Assembly: GCA_044225505.1 (NCBI GenBank)
Contig: JBGAIN010000019.1
Coordinates: 1 to 64,000 of the forward strand
Reading direction: 5' to 3'
DNA: 64,000 bases
From: Limisphaerales bacterium
GTDB taxonomy: Bacteria > Verrucomicrobiota > Verrucomicrobiia > Limisphaerales > SIBE01
Made by a program: the position numbers and the translations under genes. This document shows positions 63,856 through 64,000 of the stretch, one piece after another. How positions within the stretch are numbered: position 1 is the first letter of the stretch; every line of letters begins with the position of its first letter. The notes under the pieces were generated by a model. The model did not search any database, was not told the origin of the DNA, and worked only from the letters and a program-made list of their open reading frames with translations.

Positions 63856-64000
63856 ACTTCACTCCGGTTGCGGTGCAGCCAAGCAGATCCAAGCAGTGAA
63901 ACAATCGTTTCCGGGAACTGGTAAGGCGCACCAAGAGCCTAACGGCCTTGAGTTGTGCTGGTCTATGAGCGAGGAGTCTAGGAACAAGCGTGACTAAGGT

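Overview
Ordinary chromosomal window from a GC-rich diderm bacterium. Gene content (TIGR03790-like protein, two DUF1080 proteins, Tat-exported Gfo/Idh/MocA enzymes, DapL, C-terminal 'FYR' domain) suggests Verrucomicrobiota; this is inference. About 53 genes are supportable. Housekeeping and envelope genes include mlaEF-DCA, tyrS, hrpA, xseA, ymdB, recN, ilvA, dapL, hemW and a csp gene. I found no rRNA, tRNA, CRISPR array, transposase or phage gene. The most notable block is a 12-kb urea-utilisation operon behind a sigma-54-type promoter: porin, urtABCDE, ureD, fused ureAB, ureC, ureF, ureG. Its urease and accessory proteins look plant/fungal-type rather than Klebsiella- or Helicobacter-type, ureE is absent, and a hydrogenase-less hypAB pair lies nearby. 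Other points of interest are an 11-bp-periodic 91-bp palindrome inside the mla operon with a related array after ureG, a sensor kinase/FadL/stand-alone ketosynthase trio, a divergent cluster of receiver/Hpt-like/coiled-coil proteins, and a secreted vanadium haloperoxidase. Two genes (ureG, fadL-like) are frameshifted, probably through sequencing error. Several start codons were moved from the ORF track to more plausible downstream starts. All calls come from motif reading; no database searches were run.
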